64,000 bases of DNA from Carcharhinus amblyrhynchos (GCA_965287045.1 OZ336883.1:69626001-69690000); one strand, 5' to 3'. Counted from the stretch's first letter, positions 43,797 to 56,995 are shown. Notes: a model not told the origin generated them from the letters alone. Numbers and translations: made by a program.

Positions 43797-43890
43797 AGTA
43801 AGAAGTCTCACAATACCAGGTTAAAGTCCTACCAGTTTATTTGATAGTAATCCCACAAGCTTTTGGAAACAGTGTTCCTTCGTCAGGTAT
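43797..43890 (-). mobile_element. Penelope-like terminus (family A), hammerhead core mutated
   Basis: Reverse complement reads CTGACGA-a-ggaac-act-gtttcc-AAAA-gcttgtg; GAAA is changed to AAAA. Confidence 0.6.
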
Positions 43891-44149
43891 GTGGAAGGTT
43901 CTGCTATCAATGGGATTGTAGACTGCCAGTGCACTTTATACATGGTATTGGGAGATCATGCTCACGCACAATGATGCCCTCCAGCAGCCAGCAGCTGGCT
44001 TTCTGGCATGAGTAGACTCCATCTACCACTCCTACTGGCGTGAATCACATTTTGTATCTTTTTTTTCTCTATGTAGTGCAAGATTTTAATTTTTCTCTCA
44101 TGGGTAAAATGGGCGTGTTTCTCGAGTGAATGGTTTTGGTTAGATTGTC

Positions 44150-44328
44150 CCCATGAATATTTTTAAAGATTATCTAGACAGATCCTTGATTAAGAAGGGG
44201 GTGAAAGGTTATTGAGAGTAGGCAGGATTGTGGGGTCAAAGTTACAGTCAGATTACCCTGTTCTTATTGAATGGCGGAGCAGACTCGAGGGTCCAAGTGG
44301 CCATCTCCTGCTCCTAATTCATATGTCC
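44150..44328 (+). mobile_element. CR1 3' UTR fragment
   Basis: tcttattgaatggcggagcagactcgaggg...cctgctcctaattc. Confidence 0.7.
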
Positions 44329-45019
44329 ATAAAATTCCACCCATCATCTTTAAAGCATTAGGTTCCAGCAATTGCTTGGCTCCAATAGTATAGGTTAACT
44401 CCATTGGACTCAGTGACCTGCAGCCAGGCAATCTGTACGGCTTGTACAAATAATTTTAGCAAAACACTAAAGACATAAAAAATATAAATTCAAAAAATAG
44501 ACTTAATTATGCCCTATTGATGAGGTTATAAAAACCTTCAATTTGAAATCAAAATCGTCTGTGCTGTAAACACAATGCAGACCATTCAGCAAGTGACACA
44601 TTCATTTTTGATCAGATTATTTATACGCCTTTTTCTAATGATGCTGATATATCGGCAGTGTGTTAGCATTTTTATAATTCTTTTTAATAAGTCTTTTTAA
44701 TTATTAAATTTATCACTGGGTTCAGAATAGTATGGTGTTCTCTTGGACATTATTTAATGCTCAAGGCTCCACATTCAGATGACCAGATGAGCCCTGGGTT
44801 TGGTATGAGGTGTTCGATTACATGCTTGCTTGTTTTCTACAACCACTGGTCACAGAGTAAATTTAAAGAAGTGAGAGGTCACTGTGAGGAGCTGTGACTG
44901 AAATCTCTCAGCCCTGTGCTGAAGATTATAGCTGCAAACAGTTCCAAAGATGTGCATTATTTTAACTGCTTTTTTCCCTCATAAAGCTGTTCTAAATATG
45001 AGCAACAAAGAAAATAAAC

Positions 45020-45853
45020 AAAGTTTATTTTTTTTATTAGTCACAAGTAGGCTTACATTAACACTGCAATGAAGTTGCAAAATCCCCAAGTTGCCACACT
45101 CCAGCACCTGTTCAGGTACACTGAGGAATTTAGCGTGGCCAATGTACCTAACCAGCACACAGAATCACAGAATCCCTACAGTGCAGAAGGAGGCCATTCA
45201 CCCATAGAGTTTGTGCTTACCACAAGCCCAAGCAGGCCCCATTCCTGTAACCCCACCTGTTTACCCTGCTAATCTCCCTGACACTAGGGTCAATTTAGCA
45301 CGGCCAATCAATCTAACCTGCACATCTCTGGACCGTGGGAGGAAACCGAAGCATCCGGAGTACATTCCATACAGACAGTGATCCAAGGCCAGAATTGAAC
45401 CCCGGTCCCTGGCATTGTGAGGAAGCAGTGCTTTCTGATTTGATTTATTATTGTCACATGTATTAGCATACAGTGAAAAGCATTGTTCCTGCTCCTATTT
45501 CTTATGTTCTTATGTTTAAAGACAATGCAAACCATTGATAGAGAAGCAAACAAGAGACTGCAGGATATAGTGTTACAGTCATAGCTAGGGTGTAGAGAAA
45601 GGTCAACTTAATACAAGGTAGGTCCATTCAAAAATCCAACAGCAGCAGGAAAGAAGCTGTTCTTGAGTCAATTGGTACATGACCTCAGGTTTTTGGATCT
45701 TTTTCCCGACGGAAGGTGAATGAAGAGAGAACGTCCAGGGTGCGTGGGGTCCTTAATTATGCTGGCTGCTTTTCTGAGACAGCGAGAAGTATAGATAGAG
45801 TCAATGGATGGGAGGCTGGTTTGAGTGATGGATAGCTAACCACTGTGCCACCC
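45020..45853 (-). mobile_element. Nested cluster: type-2 SINE tail (45020-45157), type-1 SINE (45158-45432 and 45834-45853), Rex1-like LINE (45433-45833), CR1 tail snippet (about 45486-45517, plus strand)
   Basis: Each part matches other copies in the window; the SINE head gcagtgct/aaccactgtgccacc is split by the LINE. Confidence 0.82.
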
Positions 45854-46435
45854 TAGCTCTGCTTAAAATAATTACAGTGTGAATTTCAGTCAGTGCTGAA
45901 GTAATGACATTCACCATTGACCTCAAAGAAAACTTCCCACCAGTACCGAGCAATCTTTGCTGTGTGGCTTTCCTTTTTCCTGGTGAGAGTTTGAACCTGG
46001 AACCACATCAAGTGGCTCTCCAACAAGAAACAGGATAACAAGCCTATCACACTGAAGTATTTGCACAGACAGCAAACCAAGAAATAGAATGTTCTGAATT
46101 TTTCATTTTTAATTAAAATTTTCCAGAAAGCAAAATAAATGATCGAGAAACTACATGTGGGACTAAGGCAGAAACTGGGATACTCCCATTATTTTTTGAA
46201 ATGGGTTTATTTTAAAAATGTAACTTTTTTTAAAATCATAATGAAGAAATTTGACATACCATAAGTATAAAATGTGTTTTTCAAGATAGGGTTAGCACTA
46301 ATTATGAACGCAGTACACTGTAAGGACCCAATTGCACCTCATTCAAAAACCTTTCCAAAGATTTTACAGTGAGACCAATAGTGATTTTATTATTCAGTAC
46401 ACCATTTTACGAGGACTTCCAACTGGGAAGGATAA

Positions 46436-46792
46436 TTTTTTTTAATTTATTCATGGGACATGTGCGTCGCAGGCTGGCCAGCATTTATTGCCCATCCTTA
46501 GTTGCCCAAGGGCGGTTGAGAGTCAACCACATTGCTGTGGCTCTGGAGTCACATGTAGGCCAGACCAGGCAAGGACACCAGATTTCCTTCCCTAAAGGAC
46601 ACTAATGAACCATATCAGTTTTTCCAACAATCAACAATGGTTTCATGGTCATCAATAGATTCTTAATTCCAGATTTTTTTTATTGTATTCAAATTCATCT
46701 GTTGTGGCAGGATTCGAACCCAGGTCCCCAGAACATTAGCTAAGTATCTGGATTAATAATCTAGCGATAATACCACAAGGCCATCACCTTCC
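46436..46792 (-). mobile_element. tRNA-derived SINE, second family
   Basis: Reverse-complement homolog of 8450-8805; B box ggttcgaatcc. Confidence 0.82.
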
Positions 46793-47060
46793 CAGTCATG
46801 AACAGCAACTTTTGGCTCTATGTTTAATTGCACACTTGGAACACTAGACATTGATGGCTGCTGTCAATTTCAGAGAAGCAGTGATAGTGAACACATTTGT
46901 TCCACCATCATTACTCACACAAAATCCAGGACAATATATTACAGGTTGCCATTATACTTTTCCCACTAAAAAACAGGTGCTGAAATGAAAAGTTTTTTGA
47001 TAACTGGGTAAGTGCAATAAAATATCTGTTTTTCATAAAGTACATTAATTTTAAACTTAC

Positions 47061-47093
47061 ATGTCTTGGAGAGGAGGAATCAGGCTGCACACT
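47061..47093 (-). CDS. PCNX1: PCNX1 exon 5/17 (33 nt): SVQPDSSSPRH
   Basis: taatag acceptor, gtaagt donor; completes the pecanex motif YSLLK-SVQPDSSSPRH-GHN across three exons. Confidence 0.93.
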
Positions 47094-47132
47094 CTATTAA
47101 AATAAAATGCAGTTGTTGTAATTAATTTATTA

Positions 47133-47426
<294 letters not shown>

Positions 47427-48326
47427 TCATTTGTTAATTTCACATAAGCCTGCTCTAAATTGTCAACCACTGAACAGAAAGGGATGATAAATAGTCAACT
47501 GCTACTCCTACCTTAAGATTTATTTTTGTTCTATTGGGTTATAGTTAGTTGAATGGAGCCAAGTTAAATTTGCATTCTGAGTATTTAACCTGCTCTTTGG
47601 GGATCATATTCCAGGATTCCACCCTAAAGCCAGTGTAAACTGCACCAATGCCTTTCAATCTTATCTGCCAAATGATCTCAGGTGCAACTGCTTACTCAAC
47701 GCTGTTGTTTCACTGCAAAATCTCAGCAAAAGTCTCTGAATTTTACAGATACAAAAGTTTTGACGCAGGGGCAGGTGGAAGTTGTGATAATATGCGAGTG
47801 TGATTTACATCAAATATTCTCAAATGTTAGTGCTAGCCTTCCAAGATTACCTTTCTAAATGCCGTCTGGAGCCAGCTAAGTAAACATTACATGCTGTACC
47901 TCAGGCAATATTGCCAAAAACCCTGAAGACTAAATCCCCTGCTTGCACTTGCAGCTGAGAAACAACTATCAATTCCTTGGGAGTTGGTTGGCATGACGCA
48001 AATCATCTAAAAAAGGTGGGGGAGAAGCTGGCCAAAAAATACTTTTATATCACTGTGGTGCCATCAACTTACAGTTGATGGATCTCACAGTTAATTGTAT
48101 TCTCTGCCTGAGATGTCTAATCTACCTCTTTTAATGGTGGCAGACTTGCATTTTTTTTTGAGGCTTTTTGGATCTGCTTTAGAAACTATCCTTCTGCAGC
48201 ATCAGCCTGGATGAGACTAGTGTCAGAGTTCAGATGTGAAAATGGGGGTGTGGCTGCTTAGAATGGAACTTGCACTGTACCAAGCCACAGTGCAGAAGTG
48301 CCTTAAAATATCAACATGTGGACTAA

Positions 48327-48516
48327 CAGAAAATGCTGGAAAATCACAGCGGGTCTGACAGCATCTGTGGAGCGAGAATGGAGGCAAAGTTTTGAGTCAG
48401 GTTGACCCTTCATGAGATGGCTCTATTCTCTCTTCACAGATGCCGTCAGACCTGCTGAGATTCTCCAATATTTTTTATTCTTGTTTCAGATTCCAGCATC
48501 TGTAGTATTTTGCCTT
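48327..48516. repeat. Palindromic pair of Penelope-like family B termini
   Basis: Arm 48327-48383 is an imperfect reverse complement of 48426-48480. Confidence 0.72.
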
Positions 48517-49269
48517 TAACATATGGACTAATGTCCAGGTGTTGATGGTCATGAGTGGAGTACACTTTTCCTCACCATATTCAGCTTCAAAACCTTTAAG
48601 TAGCAACTGCGTTTCACAGAAGTAATCGTACAAATAACTTACTTCTCACATAATTTATGTCCACTGGCTCACAAAATGCTCAGAACAAAAAAAGCTACTT
48701 CACAAAATTAAGCGATCAGACAACAATTTACTTTATATCTCAAATTTCAGTCTGAGTTTTAGTCATGTGAAACAAAATACATCATATAAAGTACTCAAGC
48801 AATGTACTCTGTACAAAATGCAGAAAATCACTCAGCTCAATTCACACAGGATATAAAGGCAATGACAGTGATAAACCACTGCATATTGTCATTTCAGTAA
48901 AACGAGGCAAAGAAAATGACTCTTTTCTCCATTTCCCTTAAGCTATCCCTGATATATGGAAAGCTTAAAATGCCAAGCATGAAGTAATTTCAGTTTTGTG
49001 ATGCCATAAATTATCTTGAATTATTCATATCAATACTGCAGACTGAATCATCCTGCTTGTTACACAACAAACTGCTGTTTGAATAAGACATATCCAAAAA
49101 TCATGATTATCTCAGTTAACTGGTTAACGAGCAGGCACTCATCACTGGGAAAATCACAAACCCTAATAGTAAAGGTAAAATACTGCGGCTGCAGTGCAAA
49201 GGAGCACACTAGTCTTTAACACTGACATGAATCCATGCCTTTGTCACCTCAAGCAGTTATTGCCTCTTA

Positions 49270-49563
<294 letters not shown>

Positions 49564-49842
49564 TTAGTATTATTCTTTTGAACCAAACAAACTGGCATGT
49601 TCCAACAAGTGAATTTGTAAGCTTAACACAAAATGAGCTTCTGTTCCAGCCAAACTGATGCTCATTACCAAGCCTCAGAAAAAAACGGAATGTGGTTGAC
49701 AACGTCTGTTTGGATATTTTTCAATTGCTCCTCTTTACATTGCTAGTTACGTTAAAATAATTTTTTTAGTTGGTTAATTTCATGTTTGTAATGTTATGAT
49801 TGAGGTGTAAGAGTATTTTGTTGTATTACTACAAAGGGTCGT

Positions 49843-50460
49843 GATTTGATTATTGTCACATGCATTAACATACAGTGAAAAGTATTGTTTCTTGCGTGCT
49901 ATACAGATAAAGCATACTGTTCATAGGGAAGGAAACGAGAGAGTGCAGAATGTAGTGTCGCAGGCAAAGCGAGGATGCAGAGAAAGATCAACTTAATGCA
50001 AAGTAAGTCCATTCAAAAATCTAGACAGCAGCAGGGAAGAAGCTGTTCTCAAGTTGGTTGGTATCTGACCTCAGACTTTTGTATCTTTTTCCCAACAGAA
50101 GAAGATGGAAGAGAGTATGTCCGGGGTGTGTGGGATCCTTAATTATGCTGTTTTGCAACAGGAAGTGTAGACAGACTCAATGGATTGGGCTACATTCATG
50201 ACCTTTTGTAGTTTCTTGTGGTCTCAGGCAGAGCAGGAACTATACCAAGCAATGGTACAACCAGAAAGAATGCTTTTTATGGTGCATCTGTAAAAGTTGG
50301 TGAGAGTTGTAGTTGACATGCCAAATTTCCTTAGTCTTCTGAGAAAGTAGAGGAGTTGATGGGCTTTGTTAATTGAAGTGTCGGCATGGGGGGACCAGGA
50401 CAGGTGTTGGTGATCTGGACACCTAAAAACTTGAAGCTCTCGACCCTTTCAACTTCATCT
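49843..50460 (-). mobile_element. Rex1/Babar-like LINE 3' fragment (left arm of an inverted pair)
   Basis: Tail at 49843-49865; coding remnant VERVESFKFLGVQIT...YFLRRLRKFGM. Confidence 0.82.
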
Positions 50461-50462
50461 GG

Positions 50463-50842
50463 GCTGAATGAAGCCCTGGCCATCACTCAAACCAGCCTCC
50501 CATCCACTGACTTCCCGCTTCCTCGGAAAAGCAGGCAGCACAATCAAAGACCCCACGCACCCTGGACATGCTCTCTTCCAACTTTGTCCGTTGGGAAAAA
50601 GATACAAAATGTCTGAGATTAGGTACCATCTGACTCAAGAACAGCTTCTTCCCTGCTGCCATCAGACTTCTGAATGGATCTACCTTGCATTAATCTTTCT
50701 TTACACCTTAGCTATGACTGTAACACCACATTCTACACTCTCTCCTTTCCTTCCCTATGCGCAGCATGCTTTGTGTAGCATGCAAGAAACAATACTTTAC
50801 ACTGTATACTAATACACATGACAATAATAAAATCAAATCAAA
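50463..50842 (+). mobile_element. Rex1/Babar-like LINE 3' fragment (right arm of an inverted pair)
   Basis: GKAGSTIKDPTHPGHALFQLCPLGKRYK remnant; tail acaataataaaatcaaatcaaa. Confidence 0.82.
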
Positions 50843-51204
50843 TATAATGTAGAATTACATTAGATCCGGTGAGAGAGGCAACTGTTAACCAGAACACACA
50901 AGTTGTATATAATAGTCAGAGACCTTAATTGGGTCTAGAGTCAAGACTTGGCTTTAACACTGTTCCATATTCCAGTGGGGCTCTGTCTCAATAATACGGT
51001 CTCTCCATTGTAACAGACGGTAATCAAAAACAAGAAACAATGTAAATTTAAGCTCTCAGACACATGACATTGTTATTTTATAGATACCACCTATTAAGTG
51101 AGCCAAGATTACTGCGTATCCAAATACACACTCTGCAAGCAATTCTGACACACAATGACAAACCAGATACTGGAAGATTTGGGCCAAAGCCCTGACACAG
51201 CAAC

Positions 51205-52525
51205 AGTCATAGAGTCATAGAGGTTTATAGCGTGGAAACAAGCCCTTCGGCCCAACTTGTCCACGCTGCCCTTTTTTTAAAAACCCCTGAGCTAATCACA
51301 ATTGCCTGCATTTGGCCCATATCGCTCTATACCCATTGTACCCCTGTAACTATCTAAATGTTTTTTAACAGGCAAAATTGTACCTGCCTCTACTACTACC
51401 TCTTGCAGCTTGTTCCAGATACTCACCAGCATGTGTGAAAAAATTGCCTCTCAGGACACTTTTGTGTCTCTCCCCTCTCACCTTAAACCTATGCCCTCCA
51501 GTTTTAGACTCCCCTACCTTTGGGAAAAGATATTGGCTATCCGTTTGATTTATGCCCCTCATTCTTTTATAGACTTCTATAAGATCACCCCTCAGCCTCC
51601 TATGCCCTAGAGAAAAAAGTCGCAATCTATCCAGCCTTTCCTTATAATTCAATCCATCAAGTCCCGATAGCATCTTACTAAATCTTTTCTGCACTCTTTC
51701 TAGTTTAATAATATACTTTCTATAATAGGGTGACCAGAATTGCCCACAGTATTCCAAGTGTGGCCTTACCAATATCTTATACAACTTCAACAAGACATTC
51801 CAACTCCTGTATTCAGTGATCTGACCGATGAAACCAAGCCTTCTTCACCACTCTGTCCACCTGTGACTCCACTTTCAAGGAGCTATGAATATGTACCCCT
51901 AGATCTCTTTATTCTGCAACTCTCCCCAACACCTAACTATTAAGTAAGTCTTGCCCTGGTTCAATCTATCAAAATGCATCACCACTCATTTGTCTAAATT
52001 AACTTCCATCTGCCATTCATCAGCCCACTGAATTGATCAAGATCCCGTTGCAATTGGAGATAACTTTCTTCACTGTCCACTACGCCGCCAATCTTAGTGT
52101 CATCTGCAAACTTACTAACCATGCCTCATATATTCTCATCCAAATCATTAATATAAATGATAAATAACAGTGGACACAGCACTGATCCCTGAGGCACACC
52201 ACTAGTCGTAGGCCTCCAGTTTGAAAAACAATTCTCTACAACCACCCTCTGGCTTCCATCAAGAAGCCAATTTTTTCCCATTTAGAGACCTCACCCTGAA
52301 TCCTGTGAGATGTAACCTTATGCAACAACCTACCATGTGGTACCTTGTCAAAGGCCTTGCTAAAGTCCACACAGACATCAACTGCATTACCTTCGTCTAC
52401 CTTCTAGGTTACCCCTTCAAAAAAACTCAATCAAATTTATGAGACATGATTTTCCACTCACAAAGCCATGCTGACTGTTCCTAATCAGTACTTGCGTCTC
52501 TAAATGCCTGTAGATCCTATCTCTC
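51205..52525 (-). mobile_element. Decayed CR1 LINE, 3' 1.3 kb
   Basis: ORF 51365..51793 (LYKILVRPHLEYCGQFWSPYY), upstream RT remnants (QHGFVSGKSCL), (ctatgact)n tail. Confidence 0.88.
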
Positions 52526-53169
52526 AACTGCACATACATAGTCCAAATGCACATATAATCACTGAAATTATCCAGGATGTTTAAACACTGCCCAGGGCCT
52601 CCATGAAAGTCACTGACACTGAGCTTGGTGTTAGAGACTTGGGCCAGAGCACTGGGACTTAACTGTGCTGGAAATGTCAAGCTGGTTAATACCTGGCCTA
52701 AGTTGGTAATTAGCTATCATAACTCAACTGAGCATCACAGCTGACTCCCCCATCACCTCCCTGACTTGACACACCCACTCCGACTGACCCGACCCAACTA
52801 TCCCCTCCCACAACCTGACCAGCCACCCCAACCAACTATCCCCACCCAACTGGAACCGACTGCCCGTTCACCATCCCTGCATCCACTAATTCACCAACTT
52901 ATTGAAAGACTTGAGACCTTAAAGTTTATCTGAATCTGACAGCTAATGTTGCAAAAAGGGACGTGCCCCATCGTTTGTTGCGTCTGACTTTCTTCCCTGG
53001 TGATGTTTCAGCCAAGATCGAAAGTTCCAGCTGATAAGTCATGAAAGAGTTGGGTAAATTTGTGTGGGCAGCATCAACGGACACTGACTGCAAGATATGG
53101 ACCAAAATCTCTTTGGATCAATTGAGTGGAAAAGTCACAAATGCCACTAAAATAAAAATATGCCTTTCA

Positions 53170-53452
53170 TTTTTTAAAAATTTGCATCACAAGTAGTCTT
53201 ACACTGACACTGCAATGAAGGTACTGTGAAAATCCCCTAGTCGCCACACTCCAGCCCCTGTTCAGGTACATCGAGGGAGAATTTAGCATGGCCAATGCAC
53301 CTAACCAGCCTGTGGGAGGAAACCGGAGCACCCAGAGGAAACCCACACAGGCACAGGGAGAATGTGCAGACACTGCACAAACAGTGACCTGAGCCAGGAA
53401 TTGAACCCAGATCCTTGGTGCTGCGAGGCAGCAGTGCTATCCACTGTGCCAT
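53170..53452 (-). mobile_element. V-domain SINE, tail type 2
   Basis: Match to family with a small internal deletion. Confidence 0.86.
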
Positions 53453-53630
53453 TGTCTTGATCTGACTGAAAACTTGTAGTATGTCTTTTCTTTCTCGTAC
53501 AGTGAGCAGATTGCAAGTTTCTGCAACATTTCCCATTGCTATAGAAAATCTAACCATACTCTTTCAACAGTGGCTAAAACCTCAACATGTGTTTTTTTTC
53601 AGCAGACACAGCATTTTGCCAAATACTTAC

Positions 53631-53688
53631 TAGATCATGTGGATAAAATCTAACTGAGGTAGAGCTTGATAGATGAGAATCTGTGTCC
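53631..53688 (-). CDS. PCNX1: PCNX1 exon 2/17: DTDSHLSSSTSVRFYPHDL
   Basis: ttgcag acceptor, gtaagt donor, 58 nt (phase 2 to 0); matches recalled PCNX1 DTDSHVSSSTSVRFYPHD. Confidence 0.92.
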
Positions 53689-55514
53689 CTGCAAGGGATG
53701 AAATAAAACCATATTAGTTTGTGAAAATGATAAAATTTACTTGTCTTGTGACTGACGCGGGAGAATCATAAGTCAGCGTCTAGCTGCTTTCAATGTTTTT
53801 TTTAAGATCTTAGACAACCTCTATAAATAGCTTGAATGTCTGAGAGAGAAAGCGAGAAAGATGTTAATCTTTGGAAGACGATGTTGACGTTTTAGAGCTG
53901 AAATGCTTGGCAGCCTGGAAGCTGTAAATAACATAGGTTAACCTTGAATTGAGGGACAGCATCATCAAAACAAAAACTATTGTTCTGTCCGGTATTTTCT
54001 TCCAGACAAATCCTGCCAGTCATGATTTCTGGCTATGTTCCACAAGCATCGAAAAACAAAATCAAGTGCACGTGAGGACTTGGTTTAGGATCGCTTCCCA
54101 TCACAACTGTTGTTGCATTTGAGTGACTGCACTGACAGATCTTGAACTCTGGCAAGCATATGTGACCTGTCACCTTTCTGCTAAATCTCAACTGAAGGCA
54201 AAAATTAGCAACCCATCTGTTCTGCTGTCATGCAGTCCATCTGAGTTTCAAAGGTACACCTATGCTACTTTGGGTTCAGACCTCCGCCTCCAAATTAAGA
54301 ACGAGTTACCCATCACGATATCAAATGATTTACAAACTATCGGGAATGCTTCCAGGTTCAATCGCCAGTGGGTGCCGAGTTGCTCGGTCTCAGCCGGGGT
54401 GTACTGCAATTGCCCTGCCCTGAAGGAGAAAATAAATTAGCTGGAGGTTCTGTTCCTGAACACTATCTAACTTTCCTGCTGTCAAATGTGTAGGGTGTCA
54501 ATGTGGGGTGAAGTGAAGAGCTGGACATAGCTGTGATTCCACCCAATTTAGATGGTTAAATAACCTGCAATAATTCACTTTCCGATCATGTCTAGTAATG
54601 CTGTGTACTTAGAAACTCAAAACTTAACTTCAAACTGTATCAACAAACATGATTTACTAACCCAAGTAGAGAAAAATAGATTACAAAAACATTAAATGCA
54701 AAGATAGCTCTAGATAGAACAAAGACAGATACAGATCAGTAATGATCTATTACAATAACAGAATAGGTTTGAACAGCTGATTGGTCAATTGTTGCTCCAA
54801 TGGCTAAAATTTTCAAGATGGAGATTTATGTCAGCTGCAATATCATCACAGTATATTGAGGAAAGGCAGGTACATGCAATTAAGATACAAATTAATCCAA
54901 GCTTAACTGAATGATGAACCAGGGCTGAACACCTTAATGGCCTACAACTGTTCTTATAAATATATCCCCTTAATTTTAGGCTCTCCAAATATGTATTACT
55001 ATCTGGCTAGAATGACAGGTATTTTATAAATTTAGCTGGATTTTTTGAGTTGATCACTAACACAGTGCAGAGGGCAATATCAATGAATATAATTTGATAA
55101 GTGTTTACAATACTGCGTCTGTGCTGGGTGCAAAAGAGCTAACCAGCCTAATTCCACTTCTCAAGCAGGACCATAATCCTGTAAGCTACAGAATTCAATT
55201 GTATATTCAAGTTTTATTTTAAAGGTGTTGAGGGTTTCTGCTTTAGCACTCCTGCAGATAGTGAACTCTAGATAGAGCGGGCAGCAGGCAGGCAACAGGC
55301 CAGGGCAAACAGACAATATGTGAAGGGGACAAAAGAGGAAGGGAGAGAGGGGACAAAAAGAGAAAGAGGGTGTTTGAGGGAGCGACGGTGTGTGCGCATG
55401 GGGTGTGCATGCGAGGAAGCAGAATGTGTACACATAAGTCTGAGTACTCGCACTCTCAGGATTCTCATTCACCCTCATCCACACACCAACAGGCACCACT
55501 TTGAGTGTGCTTGT

Positions 55515-55775
55515 AAAGTTTATTTATTTGCCACAAGTAAGGAATACATCAACACTGCAAAGAAGTTACTGCGAAATTCCCCTAGTCAGTACATTTCGGC
55601 GCCTGTTCGGGTCAACGTACTGAACTAGCACGTCTTTCCGGCTGTGGGTGGAAACCCACACAGACACAGGGAGAACGTGCAAACTCCACACAGACAGTGA
55701 CCCAAGCCGGGAATTGAACCCAGGTCCCTGGCGCTGTGAGGCAACAGTACTAACCACAGTGCTACTGTGCCGCCC
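55515..55775 (-). mobile_element. V-domain SINE, tail type 2 (internally deleted variant)
   Basis: Intact head (gggcggcacagtagcactgtggttag...ggttcaattcccgg) and tail. Confidence 0.86.
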
Positions 55776-55809
55776 GTAGTGTGAGGGTGGGTGAGTGGGA
55801 GTGGGCTGG

Positions 55810-55985
55810 ACACACGTGCATTCATCACATTACATTCTAATATTCACCTTTATTTATTACTGAGATTGTGCCTTTATATGCCCTGTTTGTGAATATGACT
55901 CCCACTCACCTGATGAAGGAGCAGCGCTCCGAAAGCTTGTGGCTTGTGCTACCAAATAAACTTATTGGACTTTAACCTGGTATTG
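55810..55985 (+). mobile_element. Penelope-like terminus (family A)
   Basis: Carries the hammerhead motif, AATAAA at 55955-55960 and ttggactttaacctgg shared with the 1110 and 43797 copies. Confidence 0.68.
55906..55942 (+). ncRNA. Minimal type I hammerhead ribozyme motif
   Basis: Stem I ucac/gugg, CUGAUGA, A, stem II GGAGC-agc-GCUCC, GAAA, palindromic AAGCUU stem III, predicted CUU cleavage triplet. Confidence 0.7.
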
Positions 55986-56696
55986 CAATAAATGCTGGCA
56001 GGCCAGCAATACCCATGTACCACAAAGTTAAAAAAAAGTACAATGAGACTGTCTTAAGTCTCTGACTCTAACTCGGACGCGGAAGCATTCACAGAAGGGG
56101 AACAAAAGAATTGTCAGTCAGAAATTAAAACTTGAAAATACGTTCGCAATCCAGAGACTGGAAGATTTGGGCCCATTTATGGTCTCCCCACGTTCCTGCA
56201 ATCATGAAACTGAAAATCCCAATCCTCATCGCCATTCATCTACTTGCTCTGATAGCACTCAAAATCTATGTCATAAAATACGTACCACAGGGTACGAGAG
56301 TTTCAATGTGTTTCGCATACTAGCAGAATTTATTTTTTCACCCTGGATAAAGGATTTTAAGTCTTCCATTTCAAGCAAGAACAAAATTAAACTGCTGTTG
56401 AGTTATTCTGGCCAGCTGCAGTAAGAGTAAACTCTAGACAAATTAATTACCTTCCATCAAATAGTAGAGATGTAAAAGATACAAACCCAGAAATTATGAG
56501 TGCAACATTAGCATTCAAATGCTTAACATGCTTACGTGATATTACTTAGCCCACTAACTTAATTGAGTTTAAAATAAATGAATGAATGACTCCATTAAAA
56601 TAGTAGAAGGAGGAATGCCATGCAAATGCATTAAGTGTCATGGCTACTTCCATTACATATTTAAGAGGTGTATTTTCCAGATTTGAATGAAACTAA

Positions 56697-56995
56697 TGTT
56701 TACTTATTAGTGTCTCAAGTAGGCTAACATTAACATTGCAATGAAGTTACTGTGAAAATTCCCTAGTCGCCATACTCCAGCACCTGTCAGATACACTAAG
56801 GAGAATTTAGCATGGCCAATGCACCTAAGCTGCACATCTTTGGACTGAGGGGGAAAACCGGAGCATCTGGAGGAAACCCACACAGACACAGGGAGAACAT
56901 GCAAACTCCACATAGACAGCGATCCAAGGTGGGAATTGAACCCGGGTCCCTTCTGCTGAGGCAGCTGCGCTAACCACTGTGCCACCGTGCCGCCT
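56697..56995 (-). mobile_element. V-domain SINE, tail type 2
   Basis: Full-length match to family. Confidence 0.88.

Noticed and set aside
52745-52900. C-rich low-complexity tract with cccga/ccaact motifs
   Set aside because: Irregular low-complexity sequence with no clear unit or function.
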